Shown one piece after another: positions 21,976 through 36,000 of a stretch of DNA of 64,000 bases (position 1 is the stretch's first letter; each line of letters opens with the position of its first letter). The notes below the pieces were generated by a model. The model worked only from the letters and a program-made list of their open reading frames with translations, was not told where the DNA came from and did no database searches. The stretch comes from Fimicolochytrium jonesii (Eukaryota): contig NW_026515671.1 in the NCBI RefSeq assembly GCF_025526975.1, forward strand, positions 744,001 through 808,000, in the 5' to 3' direction. Made by a program: the position numbers and the translations under genes.

Positions 21976-24900
21976 ATGCTGGCCGACTCGTCAAGGGTCA
22001 TAGGCGGTGAGTCAAACGCCAGGTTAACTTGCACTCAGGCATATCCACTTATTTAAGCCATCTGCCCTTTCTCTCAAGACTCCATTCGGGTGGTTTGTCG
22101 ATTCCGACCGCAAAATGCCAGAGAAGTGAGAGAAGGAGGCGTCCCCGTCGTCGCATTCGACGACGACTACACATGCGTTAGAATCGACGTAAGCTTTTGC
22201 GCCACTCTCACGAAAACCGTTCGTCGGTAGGGAGCTGATCTACCATTGAATGCAGAGCCGAGACTATCCTGGAACGTACAACTTCGACAAAATATTCGAC
22301 TGGCGGTCGACACAAGAGCATGTGTTTTCTTACGCCGCCAGCGCCACCATCGAAGGCAAGCTCGAGTTGGCTGATTCTGCGGTCTCACCCTTGAGAGTAG
22401 ATTACTTACTCCTACCTGCTCACAGATGTCATGCGAGGTTACAATGGAACGATTTTCGCATATGGACAAACCGGGAGTGGGAAAACGCATACTATGATGG
22501 TACGAGCAGAACGAGCTTCAATGAAACCTATCTACAGCAGCTTGCCTAACCGCTCATCCTATCATAGGGAGATATGGAGAATCAATCCCTGAAAGGTTTA
22601 ACACCGCGCATAGTTGAGAACATCTTTTCGACAATCTTTAGCTCCCCGCCACATCTCGAATTCACAGTCCGAGTATCCTACATGGAGATCTACATGGAAA
22701 AGATTCGCGATCTGCTGAATCCGGCAAACGACAATCTGCCCATCCACGAAGAAAAATCGCGCGGTGTATACGTGAAGGGCCTGCTGGAGGTTTTCGTAGG
22801 CTCCATCGAGGAAGTCTACGAAGCGATGCGAAGGGGCCAGAGTTCGAGGATGACTGCGCAGACGAACATGAACGCGGAGAGTTCACGGAGTCACTCCATA
22901 TTTGTCTTGACCATCTCGCAAAAGAACTTGCAGGATGGGAGTCAAAAGGCTGGGAAGCTGTACCTCGTTGATTTGGCTGGGTCTGAGAAGGTTGGCAAAA
23001 CTGGAGCATCGGGCCAGACATTGGAAGAGGCGAAGAAAATCAACAAGTCGCTCTCGGCTCTCGGCATGGTTATCAATGCTTTGACGGATGGGAAATCGTC
23101 TCATATCCCATACAGAGATTCGAAGCTCACCCGTATTCTGCAAGAGTCATTGGGAGGAAATTCGCGGACCACCTTGATCATCAACTGCTCTCCCTCATCG
23201 TTCAACGAATCTGAGACGGTCTCGACGTTGAGATTCGGAATGCGTGCAAAGACAATCAAGAACAAGGCGAAGATCAACGCGGAGCTCAGTCCTGGGGAAC
23301 TTAAAGTATTGCTGAAGAGATGCAAAACGGAACTCTCGACCTTGCAAGCATTCTGCCATGCGTTGGAGAAGGAGCTGAACGCATGGAGATCGGGCCGGCC
23401 AGTGTCGGAAAGCGACTGGGTGAGGCCACTGGAGGAGTTCAACAATCGGATACTGGATATGGCGGTTATGGAGGATCGTCGCACATCCTCTCCGGCACCG
23501 GGTGGGTTGGCGGGGCCATCGACGCCCGGGCCAAAATTAGAGGACGACGAGAGGGAGGATTTCCTCAAACGCGAAAACGAGCTATCCGATCAGCTGGCTG
23601 ATAAAGAGGCGGAACTGGAGAAGGTGAAAGTGGAAGTCAAGCTGTTGACGGAGGCGGTCAATAGCATGCGGCAAGGGGACTCGACGCTGGCGGAGCAGAA
23701 TAAGAAGCTGCAAGCAACGGTGGCGGATCTCAACTTGCAGATGGAGAAGGTGGCGTTTGAGAGCAAGGACACTGCAATAAATCTGGACACATTGCGGGAT
23801 GAGAATATGGAAATGTCGAAAGTCATCGAGACCCTCAAGGTAACGTTCGCGTTGGAGACTGTCCGCCAGCGCGTGATTGTGTTAAAACTGACGGGCGGCG
23901 TTCCATGCGTACGATAGAAACAAGTCGTCAGCTTACAGGCACTACAACCGGTGATACCAGTAAGCGAAGAGGACAAGGAGAAGCGGCGGAAAGAGAAGAT
24001 GGCTGAGATGCTTGCAGAGTTCGATCCAACGGTATGCTCTTTTATTCTGACACCAGCGCATGTGGGGCGTAGCCGTTCTAAAACATGTCGTTTCAGACGT
24101 CCCTCGACGAGAACGAAAAAGCAATGAAAGCGTCCTTGGCCAAACTTGCCCATCTGCGTTCGAATTCAGCCCCACCCCAAACCCCAGAGGCCATCGAAGC
24201 GCAGCATCTCGAGCTACTGGAAGCACAAACACAGCTCATACATCAGGACAGCAAGATCCATGAACTGAGTCAGATGAACCAGACATACGACGCTGAGGTC
24301 CAGCGCTTGGCTATGCAGAAGGAGGAGCTACAGAGCAAGGTTACGGCTTTGGAGAGGGAGTATGAGGAACTTTTGGAACGCACGATGAATGAGGAGCTCA
24401 GTGGGGCTAGTCCCGATATTACTTCCATGATTGATGATCTCAAGGTAGGGGTCCAGTCTTCATCCCTGGGTGGGCGCCATCAATGTTCTAACGCATACGT
24501 GATATCAGGTCCGCTTGGAGAGCCTTCACGAATCCCGGAGCTCGCACGCCAACATCGAAATCCAAGACCTAAAAGCGCTCATCGCCCGGAAGGACGCGGA
24601 GCTTGCCCGCGCACAAGCCGCCTTCGCAGAAAAGAAAGAGGCTGCAGATGCGCACCGGGCATATGTGGACCGCCCGCCGTCGGATGACCCACAGGCAGCC
24701 CAGGAGGAGGCCGATAAGGATGCGATTGTGCGCACGCTCCGAAATGAAGTGGCTCAGCAGATTGCTGAATGTGAGGATATGAAGAAGAAGTTCTTGAAGG
24801 ATCTGCAGAACCGTTGCGAGAAGGTGTGTAGAATGGCGTGACGAAGGGAGCATTTTTGACTCGATTGCGGAATGTGGGGTCTGACTACTTCTCTGTCCCT

Positions 24901-25613
24901 AGGTGGTGGAGCTTGAATTAAGCCTCGACGACATGCGCCAACAATACGGCGACGCAATCAACAACAACAGTAACTCGACCGCGCAAAAGCAGAAGATGGC
25001 CTTCATGGAACGCAACCTGGAGCAGCTCGCGGCGGTGCAAAAGAACCTCGTGGAGCAGAACATCCAGTACAAGAAGGAGATGGTTAATGCGGAACGCAAG
25101 CTGGGCACGCGGAACGAACGGATTGCGCAGTTGGAGGGCTTATTGGGCGATGCGACGATGAAGCTGGAGCTGCAAAACCAGAAATTCGAGGCTCAGTTGG
25201 CGAGCATGCGGGAGCGGTTGCAGGAGGCGAGATGTGAGTTAAGGCTTGAGACACGTCGAAAGCGGTTTGGGAGGCTTCCTAATACTCATGATACTCCATC
25301 TCGAACCTATGCAGCTGAACAAAACTCACATCCATCGTCGTCATGGTTATATTCGTCGCGCATCGCCAAACCGCTGCGAGGTGGTGGCGGGGCGTTTGTA
25401 CCTGCAGGGGAGACCGAAGACGTAGCGCAATCAGGGGATAATGACGACTTGGACTTTAACGTTGATCTAGGTGCGTCTCAAGAGGTCAGAGATGGTCTTC
25501 GCCTCGGAGGCTCGTATCTGACCGTTTCTATTTCCGCTACACCAGATGAACCACCAAAAAGCCGTGCAAGCTGGTACATCAGCCTGCTAGCCAAAAAGGA
25601 CGAGCGCAAATAG
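21976..25613 (+). CDS. Kinesin-1 heavy chain (conventional kinesin), multi-exon
   Basis: [29 protein letters not shown] (P-loop), [25 protein letters not shown]; fungal tail [26 protein letters not shown] and the autoinhibitory [10 protein letters not shown]. Confidence 0.97.
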
Positions 25614-25907
25614 AAGGCAGTCTATCATATCATCTCGAGCTTCAGATTTCACACGACTTTTTATATTCTCTTTTTTTTGGTGGGAGTGGGAGGCATATAG
25701 GACGGCAACCTCGTAGAGAGAGGGGCTCTGTAGTATAGATCCACGGGCGATAACAGAAATTCGGGCAAGATAGTCTTTATGGAGTAGATAGTTGTTTGGA
25801 ATCGGAGGCGTATCGCTGTATGATTGTTATCTCGTCTGGTTCAATATGATAGCTACCTATGGAACTTATGTGCCTAGGGGAGAGGTGCGAAAGCATGGTT
25901 CCGCAGC

Positions 25908-26828
25908 TCAATCCCCCAGAGCAACCTCCAATGGATAATGATCAGACAGCCGGGCCGTTTCAGCCGTGCGGACAACGTGCGCAGATTTGACCTTGTGGGC
26001 CACGCTGCTGTTTCCCAATGCATAGTCCAGCCGCATCCGTACAGCATGCATGTCATCAACGGCTAGATCCGTTGGCACGCTGTAATCTAGACCCTGATCG
26101 ACTCCTTTGTTGCAGCTGAGATCTACTAAGCCAACCCTTTCAAACGCCGCCATGGTTCCGTAGTCAATCTCACCACTTTGCTTGAGGAACTTCGAAGTCA
26201 ATTTGAGGTCCTTGCGAAAGGTCGACGCCACCCCAGCAGAATCGTAGAAGAATCTGTCCGCAGACGACAAGGAGTTCAAATCGCCGACCACCATCCAGTT
26301 GCTCTGCTCGTCTGTCTCTACTCGCGGGGCCCGGATGTACTGGCCTATCAACTCGGCTTCTGCTGTGCGCGCACTCGCCGACATAGGGTTCAAATGTGTC
26401 ACAATGACATTCAGGCTCTCCAAGTCCGGTATCCCACAACCAGAAACGTCGATAGAAGCCACCAACATCCCGTGCCACAAACCTTCCGCGATCTTCTCGG
26501 TTCGCAGTATGGGATGTTTCGCCGCGATACCCAGCCTGAATTCCCTGTTCGTCTCTGTCATCATCACACAATATTCGTGGTTCCAATCTTTAGCTCGAGC
26601 TCGGAGGCTGTCGTCCGTCCAGCCGTTGAGCTCACTGAGGCAGACGATATCGGCATCTTGGGCGCGCAACCAGCCGGTCAATACGTCGACGCGTTTTGAG
26701 GAGTAGGCGGTTTCTGGCGTTGTGTGGTCGTCTATGCCGCCGTTGAAGATGTTGACTGCAAGGAGTTTGAGCCTCCGATGAGAGGCGGAGGTGGAGGTGG
26801 AGGTGGAGGTGGAGGTGGAGGTGAACAT
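25908..26828 (-). CDS. Exonuclease/endonuclease/phosphatase (EEP) family protein, intronless
   Basis: LKLLAVNIFNG, DADIVCLSELNG, VTHL, MVVGDLN, RLDY and SDHYPL. The N-terminal (TS)n is encoded by a GGAGGT repeat. Confidence 0.9.
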   Translation of the reverse strand: MFTSTSTSTSTSTSASHRRLKLLAVNIFNGGIDDHTTPETAYSSKRVDVLTGWLRAQDADIVCLSELNGWTDDSLRARAKDWNHEYCVMMTETNREFRLGIAAKHPILRTEKIAEGLWHGMLVASIDVSGCGIPDLESLNVIVTHLNPMSASARTAEAELIGQYIRAPRVETDEQSNWMVVGDLNSLSSADRFFYDSAGVASTFRKDLKLTSKFLKQSGEIDYGTMAAFERVGLVDLSCNKGVDQGLDYSVPTDLAVDDMHAVRMRLDYALGNSSVAHKVKSAHVVRTAETARLSDHYPLEVALGD

Positions 26829-27110
26829 TTGCGCTCGTTTGTCAACTTGGGGGGGTTGAGGAGGCTTTCGGAAAGGATAAATGCGTCAAGAAGCCACCGA
26901 GGCTCGTCATCATCGCTGCACAGAATCGATGAGACGTTAATAATTGCGACAATAGAGACGCGGAGTGCGGGTCACTCCGGGCAAACTCGCTGCTCCCGTT
27001 TGGCCGACCGACGACAAAGTTCCCACGATCTTCTCAAATATCCCACAGCTGAGACCACATTACCCCAACTGCATTTCACTCATACACATATAGTACACAA
27101 CAGCGCAACC

Positions 27111-29443
27111 ATGGCCACCATCAACAAGGACATTGACACCCTTGTCATCAACACCATCCGGACGCTTGCTCCCGATGTCGTGCAAAAGGCAAACTCGGGA
27201 CACCCAGGTGCTCCCATGGGTTGCGCCCCAATGGCCCACATCCTCTACTCCAAATTCATAACCGTCAACCCAAAGCAGCCTCACTGGGTAGGTGCTCGCC
27301 GAATAGGCTGGGCGGTGTAATTTGACCGGAGGGTGACAGACGTCGCATTGTGTACAATAGCAGATTTTGCGACAGAATTCTCACTGACTTGATGGGTGCT
27401 TATCGTTATCTAGATCAACCGTGACCGGTTCGTTCTCTCCAACGGACACGGATGTGCGCTCCTTTACATCATGCTCCACCTAACGGGGCACAACATCACC
27501 ATGGACGACCTCAAGGGATTCCGCGCTCTTGACAGCAAGTGAGCAGGGCATAGTGTTGTTTTTGTGGTCGAGTGCATCTTTTTCTAAACCCATTTCCCTC
27601 CCGCAGAACTCCTGGACACCCCGAGGCAAATCACGGAGTCGATGGAATCGAAGTGACCACCGGTCCCTTGGGACAGGGTATTGCAAGCGCTGTCGGTCTC
27701 GCTATTGCCGAGGCTCAACTGGCTGCTACTTTCAACAAGCCAAAATACGAGCTCATCGACAACTACACCTACGTTATCCTTGGTGACGGTTGTATGCAGG
27801 AAGGTGTACAGGCTGAAGCCGTCTCCTTGGCTGGACACTTGCAACTCGGCAAACTCATTGCCCTGTACGATGACAACCACGTACAGATCGATGGAGACAC
27901 TGCCCTTGGATTCACCGAGGATGTTGTCAAGCGCTATGAGGCATATGGATGGCATGTCCAGGTCATCACCGACGGTGACCACGATGTTGACGGTATCACG
28001 GCTGCCATTGAGAAGGCAAAGGCTGTCACGGACAAGCCATCCCTCATCAAGGTCCGCACTACCATTGGGTTCGGATCCAAGAATCAGGGGTTGGAGAAGG
28101 TGCACGGAGCCCCTCTTGGCGAGCCCGACATCGAGTCTGTAAAAACCAAGCTCGGTTTCAAATCCGACCAGAAGTTCTACGTCCCTCAGGAGGTGTACGA
28201 CTTCTACAAGGAGATTGGCAAGAAGGCTGAGAAGAAGACTGAGGAGTGGTACCAGCTTCTCGACGCTTACACGAAGGAATACCCCGAGCTTGCTTCCGAA
28301 CTGAAGCGTCGTCTGGCAAAGAAGCTTCCTAACGGTTTCAAGGAGGCGTTGCCCAAGTACACTCCCGCTGATCCCGCTGTTGCTACCAGGAAGCTCTCAG
28401 AGATGGTCCTGAACAAAATTGCGCCCCTTATCCCCGAGTTCATTGGAGGTTCTGCCGATCTCACTGGATCGAACTTGACCAGGTGGAAGGGTGCGGAGGA
28501 CTTCCAGCCTCCTTCCACAAAGTTGGGCACCTACGCCGGACGCTACATCCGTTTCGGTGTTCGTGAACACGGAATGGCCGCCATCTGCAACGGTATCGCC
28601 GCCTACGGAGCTCACATCTCTTTCGGAGCCACCTTCTTCAACTTCATCAGCTACGCCCTGGGAGCCGTCCGTCTGAGCGCTCTGTCTAAGCACCACGTCC
28701 TCTACATCATGACCCATGACTCCATCGGTCTCGGAGAGGACGGCCCCACCCACCAGCCTATTGAGACCCTCGCCGAGATGCGCGCCATACCCCGCATCCT
28801 CAACTTCCGTCCCGCTGACGGAAACGAGGTCTCTGGAAGTTACCTGGCCGCGTTCGAGGAGCAGGAGCGACCATCCGTCCTTATCCTCACCCGTCAGAAC
28901 TTGCCCCAGCTCGAGGGATCCACCATCGAGGCCGTCCGCAAGGGTGCCTACGTCCTGCAGGGCAAGGAAGGCAAAGCTGACATCTGCTTCGTCGCCACTG
29001 GATCTGAGGTCTCCCTCGCAGTCGAAGCCGCTGCTGAGCTTGCCAAGCAGAACATTAAGTCCCGCGTCGTCTCTATGCCCTGCTGGGAGTTGTTTGCCGA
29101 CCAGGACATTGAATACCAGCAGTCTGTGTTCCCTGAGGGAGTCCCGGTTGTCAGCATCGAGGCCATGTCCACGTTTGGATGGGACCGATGGGCCCACGCT
29201 TCCATCGGTATTGACCGATTCGGAGCAAGTGCTCCTTACAAGGTAAGCTTTCGTTTTGAGACCTACGTTATTGACTGCCGTTTGTTGACACGATGAATCC
29301 AATCATTTCTCCATCGAAAACAGGACTTGTACAAGAAGTTCGGTCTCGTACCCGACGTCGTCGCCGACAAGGCCAAGAAGGTCATCGAATTCTACAAGGG
29401 CCGCACGCCAGAAAACAAGCTCCTCCGCCCTTTCCCTTACTAG
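27111..29443 (+). CDS. TKL1: Transketolase, multi-exon
   Basis: [52 protein letters not shown] and [16 protein letters not shown]. Confidence 0.98.
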
Positions 29444-30122
29444 ATCATATAGGAAGTCATCAACTGCTTGGCCTAGGATCAGTCAAGAATAGGCGATTAG
29501 AGTGTTAAATGCCGTATTGCTTACATTTTGAGAGTAATGGATCTTGTTTCGACTTTCTGAAGTGGTGGGTGGCATGAAAGTATGTTCCGAGGAGTTCGTT
29601 GTGGAGCCGGCGATGAACAGCGGTTTGAACGGAATGGTGTTCGCACTTCTGCGCACTCGAACCCGTTACCAAAATTGATCTCACAAATATAATAAATATG
29701 GGGCGCCAGAAAGATCTCCCAACACTAGATACATTGACTCGGCAAGTGACAAAGAACATGGACCTGAACAGCCCCCACAAATAACGTTGCTACAGACATT
29801 GTGGAGTGCGAGTGTCGGCCACCGTCTCGGCGAGCCCCTCCCTTGCCGTCGCCTCGGCCGACCCCCGCCCCGTTTTCGAAGCCCGCATGAGACTATATCG
29901 ACCCATTGTCGGATCTTCTCTACCGTGCGTCGCCCATCTTGTCGTTCATCCAGACATGCCCATGCGTATCCGGTGGTGTTCTAGCCTGCAAACCCCCAGA
30001 CGCGGCGGGCCGGAACTCCGTGACGTCGAACGAACGGCGGATGGAACTATATAGATTTATGGGAGGTCTTCTATGTGCTGGCTGTGGCACTTGGAAGCTC
30101 GTCGATTCGAGCCCAGCATCCT

Positions 30123-31111
30123 TCACTGGTCGTCTTCTTCGTCGTCTTTTGGATCCTCGTCGTCATCGTCTGCATCGTCGTCGTCGTCGTTGTCATCATC
30201 ATCATCTTCGTCCTCCTCGTACCAGAAGTTCTCGTCCTCTTCTTCCACTTCTATTGGTCTTTTAACGATAAAGTCGGCCTCTGTGGGGGGTGAGACGAAG
30301 CCGATGAGCATTCAGCGAAATTCTACTCAATGAACATGAATCGCCGAAACCCACCACTCGTCGGCATCACCAGATCCGCTGGAATATCCTTTTTACTCTT
30401 CTCCACCAACTCCTTAACCCTCCTCTCAAACTCCTTCGGGTCTTTCCTAAACTGCACGCTCGCATCTACATTCGCCGGCGACGCCGTGTTGGGATCGTTG
30501 AGTAACGAGATGACGGAGAGCAGGATGGATTCGACGGATTGCGTTGGGTTCCAGCGTTCGGCGGCGGACTCGCCTGACATTTCGTCGTCTCCTGGTGGAT
30601 GGAGAATGGAGATGCAGAGCCGGCCGTCTTCGAAGACGTTGGGGTGGTAGAAGCCGTTGGAGAAGGTGAAGGTCGGTGGCATGAATGGGTACTCGTATGG
30701 GAACTTGATCGTTGCCTGCCACGAGATATGAGTCGTGATTCCAATGAGGGTTTCCCTCTTCCCAAATGTCCATCCGCTCACCAGAAAGTAGCCGCCCTCA
30801 TATGCCGTCCCAAGCGGCCCTATGATTCCCACCCTATGAATTCCAAAGCTGAGTCAAAAATCCCGATTCCCAGGCATGTTTCGCACTCAATGCAGAGATC
30901 AACTTACTCCCATACAAAGATGTCCTCGCCCTTAATACCTACTCGAAACCCAGGTACGGGGTGTAGAGTCAACTCTGCGAGACGGTAAAGGGGTTGTTGC
31001 GTTAGTCTGTCATCCTGCCAAGATTGCGACTACTTGGACGAAAGGAGTGCGCGACGGCAAGGCCGTACCCCTTAACTGCCGTTGCAAGGCATGCTGTGCG
31101 CCGGTCGCCAT
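30123..31111 (-). CDS. CDC34: Ubiquitin-conjugating enzyme E2, CDC34/UBE2R type with acidic tail
   Basis: MATGAQHALQRQLR..., YHPNVFEDGRLCISILHPPGDDEMSGESAAERWNPTQSVESIL (acidic-loop insertion), SPANVDA, and a D/E-rich C-terminal exon. Confidence 0.88.
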
Positions 31112-32010
31112 TATCCCAAGTACAACGGTAAACGTATTCCTGGGTATTGTCTTGGAGATATTTGGAAGCTGACGTTGGCTGGCTGTCGAACAGCTCCAAG
31201 GATGTATAAAGCTCCGCAGATGTCAGAGCGGTCGCTGTGCAGAGGAGTATGGTGGGAAGCCAATTCCGAGGTTTTTGATACCAATAACGTTTGTCCAATA
31301 GCGTTCGTTTCAACAAGTTGCTCAAGGATCTGTTGCCTGAAGAAGTCTCCGCCTATGGCTGGGTGTCTGTGGTTGAACTTCGCTGGATAATTGAGACTCG
31401 GAGGAACTTACTCAGAAGGCGGATAGTGATGTCTGCTGAGATGCGAAGGATGATTAGCGCTGAAGTCAAATCCTGTGAGGGAGAATTGATTAGCGCCCTA
31501 AGGACAATTTGGTGTCGGAACGCTTTTGGAGGATAAGGAAAGCGGACACCGTGCGGATATGCAATCCTGTAATAGTAATTGATTGGACTTCCGCCGCGAT
31601 TCTGTGAGTGCCATCCTAATCATCGTCTAAATCATGAACGAGGTGTGCTTGTACAGTACGTGTCTGCATGTGCAGATTAGTCCTCTTTCTCGTTCGGTGG
31701 CTTGGGAAAGATCGTCTTGGCTTGGGGGGCCAGGCCTCTGCGGATCTTGCCTTTTGGTTCCCCGTTGTGCTTGGCAGGGAAGCGGTCAGACTGCGGTATG
31801 GTTTGCCTGTGCTCCCGGCGGATAATGATCGCCAAATAGTTGGCGTGACTGGTCCCAAGCCTCGCGTTTACGCTTTTTGTCAACGCCTCTCTTGCCCCGA
31901 AACATAAAAAGGCAACGGCTTCCTTCACTGGCCCGCTCAGCACTCATCTTCCGCCTATTTACCTTCAAAACCATCACCGACATCCACAGGTCTGTAACCG
32001 CTTGTCTGCA

Positions 32011-32510
32011 ATGGGTGACCAGCCATACTACTATCAAAACGGAGGAGGAGCCGGAGCAACCGGAGGTAATTGTCAGGGGTGATGATGGGACGCTCAACAT
32101 GTTTCCTGTCAAACTAACCCTCGTCCCGTTTGTAGAAAAGGGATACCCGCCACAGCAAGGCTACCCACAACAGGGGGGCTATTCACAACAACAACAACCA
32201 CCATCCTATGCTGGCGGCTCGCAACCACCGTACCCCCAACAGCCTCAGGGAAGCTACCCTGCTCCACAGCAGGGATACGGAGGGCCACAGTACGGACAAC
32301 AACCGCAAGGACAGTACTACGGTCAGCAACAACCAACGACAGTCTATGTGCAACAGCAACCTCAGAAGAGTGATAACAACGGACTGTTCGCCGGACTGTA
32401 AGCATCCCGTTTCCTGTTCCTAACGCTGTCACACCTGCCACTCAACCCTCGTCTTTCTTCTTAGCGCTGCCGGTGCATGTCTTTGCTGCTGTCTGGACTG
32501 CTTGTTCTGA
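32011..32510 (+). CDS. CYSTM-domain (Cys-rich membrane module) Gly/Tyr/Pro/Gln-rich protein, 3 exons
   Basis: GYPPQQGYPQQGG...TTVYVQQQP...GLFAGL|AAGACLCCCLDCLF*. Confidence 0.88.
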
Positions 32511-33011
32511 GCATAATTTGTGTGCTCTTTCTTGATTCGTGTTCTCTCAACATAAACCAAAAACTTAACATGGAAAATTCCCGCTTGTCATTGAGCGTTT
32601 TTCTTGTATCATAGTCTCTACCTAATCTCTCCTTCATCAATGTTCATCTCATGGATCATCCAATCGCGTCTGCAACTGACAGGATCCCACATATCCAGCC
32701 TGCCCTCATTCTAAAGCGAACGTTCGGTAATTCAACGTTTTCCCCAATTAAACTCATCCTTATATCGCATCAGAACGGTAATTCTCCGGCACGGCTTTTT
32801 AGGTTCCAAATTTCAATGTCTAAACTATCTCCTCGATTCCCTACCCGTGTACCAGCCATGTGGGGAGTTCTTGTGGGTCTGCCCTGCTGTCGTGTCGGAG
32901 TTTGCATCTGCTGGACTTCCGAATTCTCTTTTCATCTCGCTGAGGGTTTCCACTCATATTACTTGCGACTTTGACTACCGCCACGATCATCACTTATCCA
33001 TCGCGGTCAAG

Positions 33012-36000
33012 ATGTCGAAAGTTTTTGCAAAGTGAGTGTGGTCTGCAACCATATACGAGCATCAATATTAGATGTCCTTCAAGGACTGACGATGGCCTTA
33101 TTGCCACTTCAGTCATGTATTTGGCCTCAGTCGCGATGTCCGCAACAATGTCTTCTTCACGGACGAGCAGACCATCCTCTATCCAGCGGGAACGCAGCTC
33201 GTCTCCTACAACATCGAGCAGAAAAGCCAGCATTTCATGCCTGTCGGCGACGGCGAGGAGATGTCCGCCCTCGCGGTCAACCAAAATTCCACAATGGTCG
33301 CCGTGGCGCTGAAAGGAACGCCGGCTACTGGACCTGCGGGAGATGACGGGCGGGCGAGTGTTGCCGCATCGAATGTCCATGATCTTGCATCGAGGGCGAG
33401 CGTGTTTCGGGAGGGTACGGCCGCTTCGTCGGTTGGAACGGAGGCGACGATAGTGTTGTATGATTTGTCCAATGGGCGAAAGAGAAAGGTGTTGGTCGCC
33501 GGGGATCAAATCAGGGTAGGTGACCCGGTGGCTATACGCACATCGGTGGCCCACTAATAAAGACATCTTGCCATCGCAGGAGTACATCAGCGTCGCCTTT
33601 TCGCCCAATGGGACACATGTCATTGCGCAATCTGCTGGACCAGAATGGTAACCCACTTCAGCACATGCCTCCCTACCTTTGCTTGCACTCATTCCTACAT
33701 TCGTGCATTTTTGAACCAATAGGAACTTGTACATGTGGGACTGGGACAAGGGCCGATTGAGGGGTGTCATCAAGACCTCAAACAACAGCAATGCAGCCAT
33801 CCACCAAATGAGCGTGAGCCCGTACGACCTGCATAACGTGCAGGTGTGCGTTACTGGAAACAACCTCTTTCGAACCTACAAGCACTCTGAGGGGTCTTGG
33901 AAACTGCAACATCAGCATAAGTCTGATAAGGTATGTACCATCAATGGATGCCTCGGTCCGAATGAATCCTCAACCTTTCAACGGCTCCATAGAACCTTTT
34001 ATCCCACGCCTACCTCTCCGAAACCCGCATCCTCGCCGGCACAGAAGACGCCAAACTCCAAGTTTTCGAAGCCGGCGAACTCGTCCTCGAATTCACATAC
34101 GTGATCCCCAGCTCCGTCGCCTACAACTACCTCTCAACTCCCGCCATCACCGAGATCAAAGCATTCTCCGGCGGTGTCCTTGCTGGAACCAGCACGGGCT
34201 TCTGCATCCATTTCGAGCGGACGGAGGACTCATCGATGCTGAAGAAGAACAGGGAGTTTCAGTTGGAGAAGGAGGTTGCGGTTTCGTCCATTGCGCTTAG
34301 CCCGGGAGAGGACGCGGCGATTGTAACGTTGAAAAATAGTCAGATTTACACGCTGCCGTGGGAGTACGACCCAGGAAGGGTGAGAATCATGGAACTTAAG
34401 TACTATAGTCCTGGTCCCTGCGAGAAAACTGACATTCCACCCTGCCAGGGCGATGTCATCAAAAGCTCGCACCTCTTCCAGTCGTTTCACAACGGTCCTA
34501 TCACGGGCATGGACACGGCTATTCGGAAACCGCTTCTCGTTACATGCGGTGTGGATCGCTCCGTACGAATCTGGAATTATGTCGACAATAATGTTGAGGT
34601 TTTGAAGACATTTTTCGATGAGCCGATGAGGTACGTCGGCGGGACCGGTGGTCATACCTGATGTCGCATGAGTATCTGGGGTCTTGCTCATGAACCCGGT
34701 ACATAGTGTTGCGATCCACCCGAGCGGTCTATACCTCCTTGTTGGCTTCAGCGACGGGCTTAAGCTTATGAATGTGCTCTTGGAGGACCTCGAGTACTTT
34801 TGGGAGACGCCCGTGCGAGGATGTAGGGAGGTAGGCTACATCATTCAGCACCGCCCGCCGTCTGCAGCATCGATGTTGACCCGCTTTACCACAGTGTCAT
34901 TTCAGCAACGGTGGCCAGGTAAGCGCATCTCGTGCTACATCCACACATGGTCGACTTCGTCTTCTTGACTACCGTTCCCGTTTCCCCAGTACTTCGCCGC
35001 AGTTCACGGCTCCACCATCCTCGTCTACAACATGTGGACTCTAGAAGTGATAGCACACTTCAAAGGCCACCAATCAAAGATCCGCTCCATCAGCTGGTCC
35101 GCGGACGACTCTCGCATCATGTCGTGCGGGCTCGAAGGATGCGTGTACGAATACAACGTCCGAACGTTCAAGCGGGAGACGGAACTCTCTGCGCCGAACG
35201 TGACGTTCAATCAGGCGATTTATACGCATGATAATAAACTTGCTTTTGCTATTGGGAGTGATGGAGTCTTGAGGGTGGGTGACATATTTGGGGAGATGCG
35301 TGAAGGAGCGGATGGTAGTTAACTCACGCGTCGAGTAGGAGCTGAGCGATGGACACGTTTTCCGGGAGTTCTCTACGAAGCTGCCTTTGAAACACAGTGA
35401 GTGAGACTCTCGTTGGGAACGAACGAACGCTCATAGTAGGTTCCCTGATGCCGTTCGGCTTTCCCTTCAGTTGCGGTTACTCGAAACGGCAAAATTGCTC
35501 TGGCCTGTAAGTCTACAGCACTGATCATCATTTCGCAGTTGGGGTAGCTCCATTCTGATTACTCTCGATCTTCAGCGACTGCTAATCATACTCTCCGTGC
35601 CCTGAAATATCCATTCCCTCAAGAGAATCCCTACGAGTACACGGAGTACTCGTATCACACCGGGCCTATAAACCGCCTCTGCCTCTCTTACGATGATCAG
35701 TACGCGTTCACCTGCGGAGAGGACGGCTGTCTGTGGTTCTTCCGCCTGAGCGAGAAGGAGGCGAGAGCAGCGAAGAGGGAGAAAGATTACGGATATAGCG
35801 ATGAGGTATGATAGTGGCTAAAAGCATTTATCGTAGCGATTGGCATTGATATGGTGCTTGGCACAGATTCTCGTCACAAAGTCCGACCTCAGAACAAAGT
35901 TCAAGACGCAATCCGATCTCAAGCGCAGGGTTGAGGTATGTGCTTTGCTGGAAACCACAAGTGAGAGTTCGCATTCTTACTGACCTCGGGGAATATTTTG

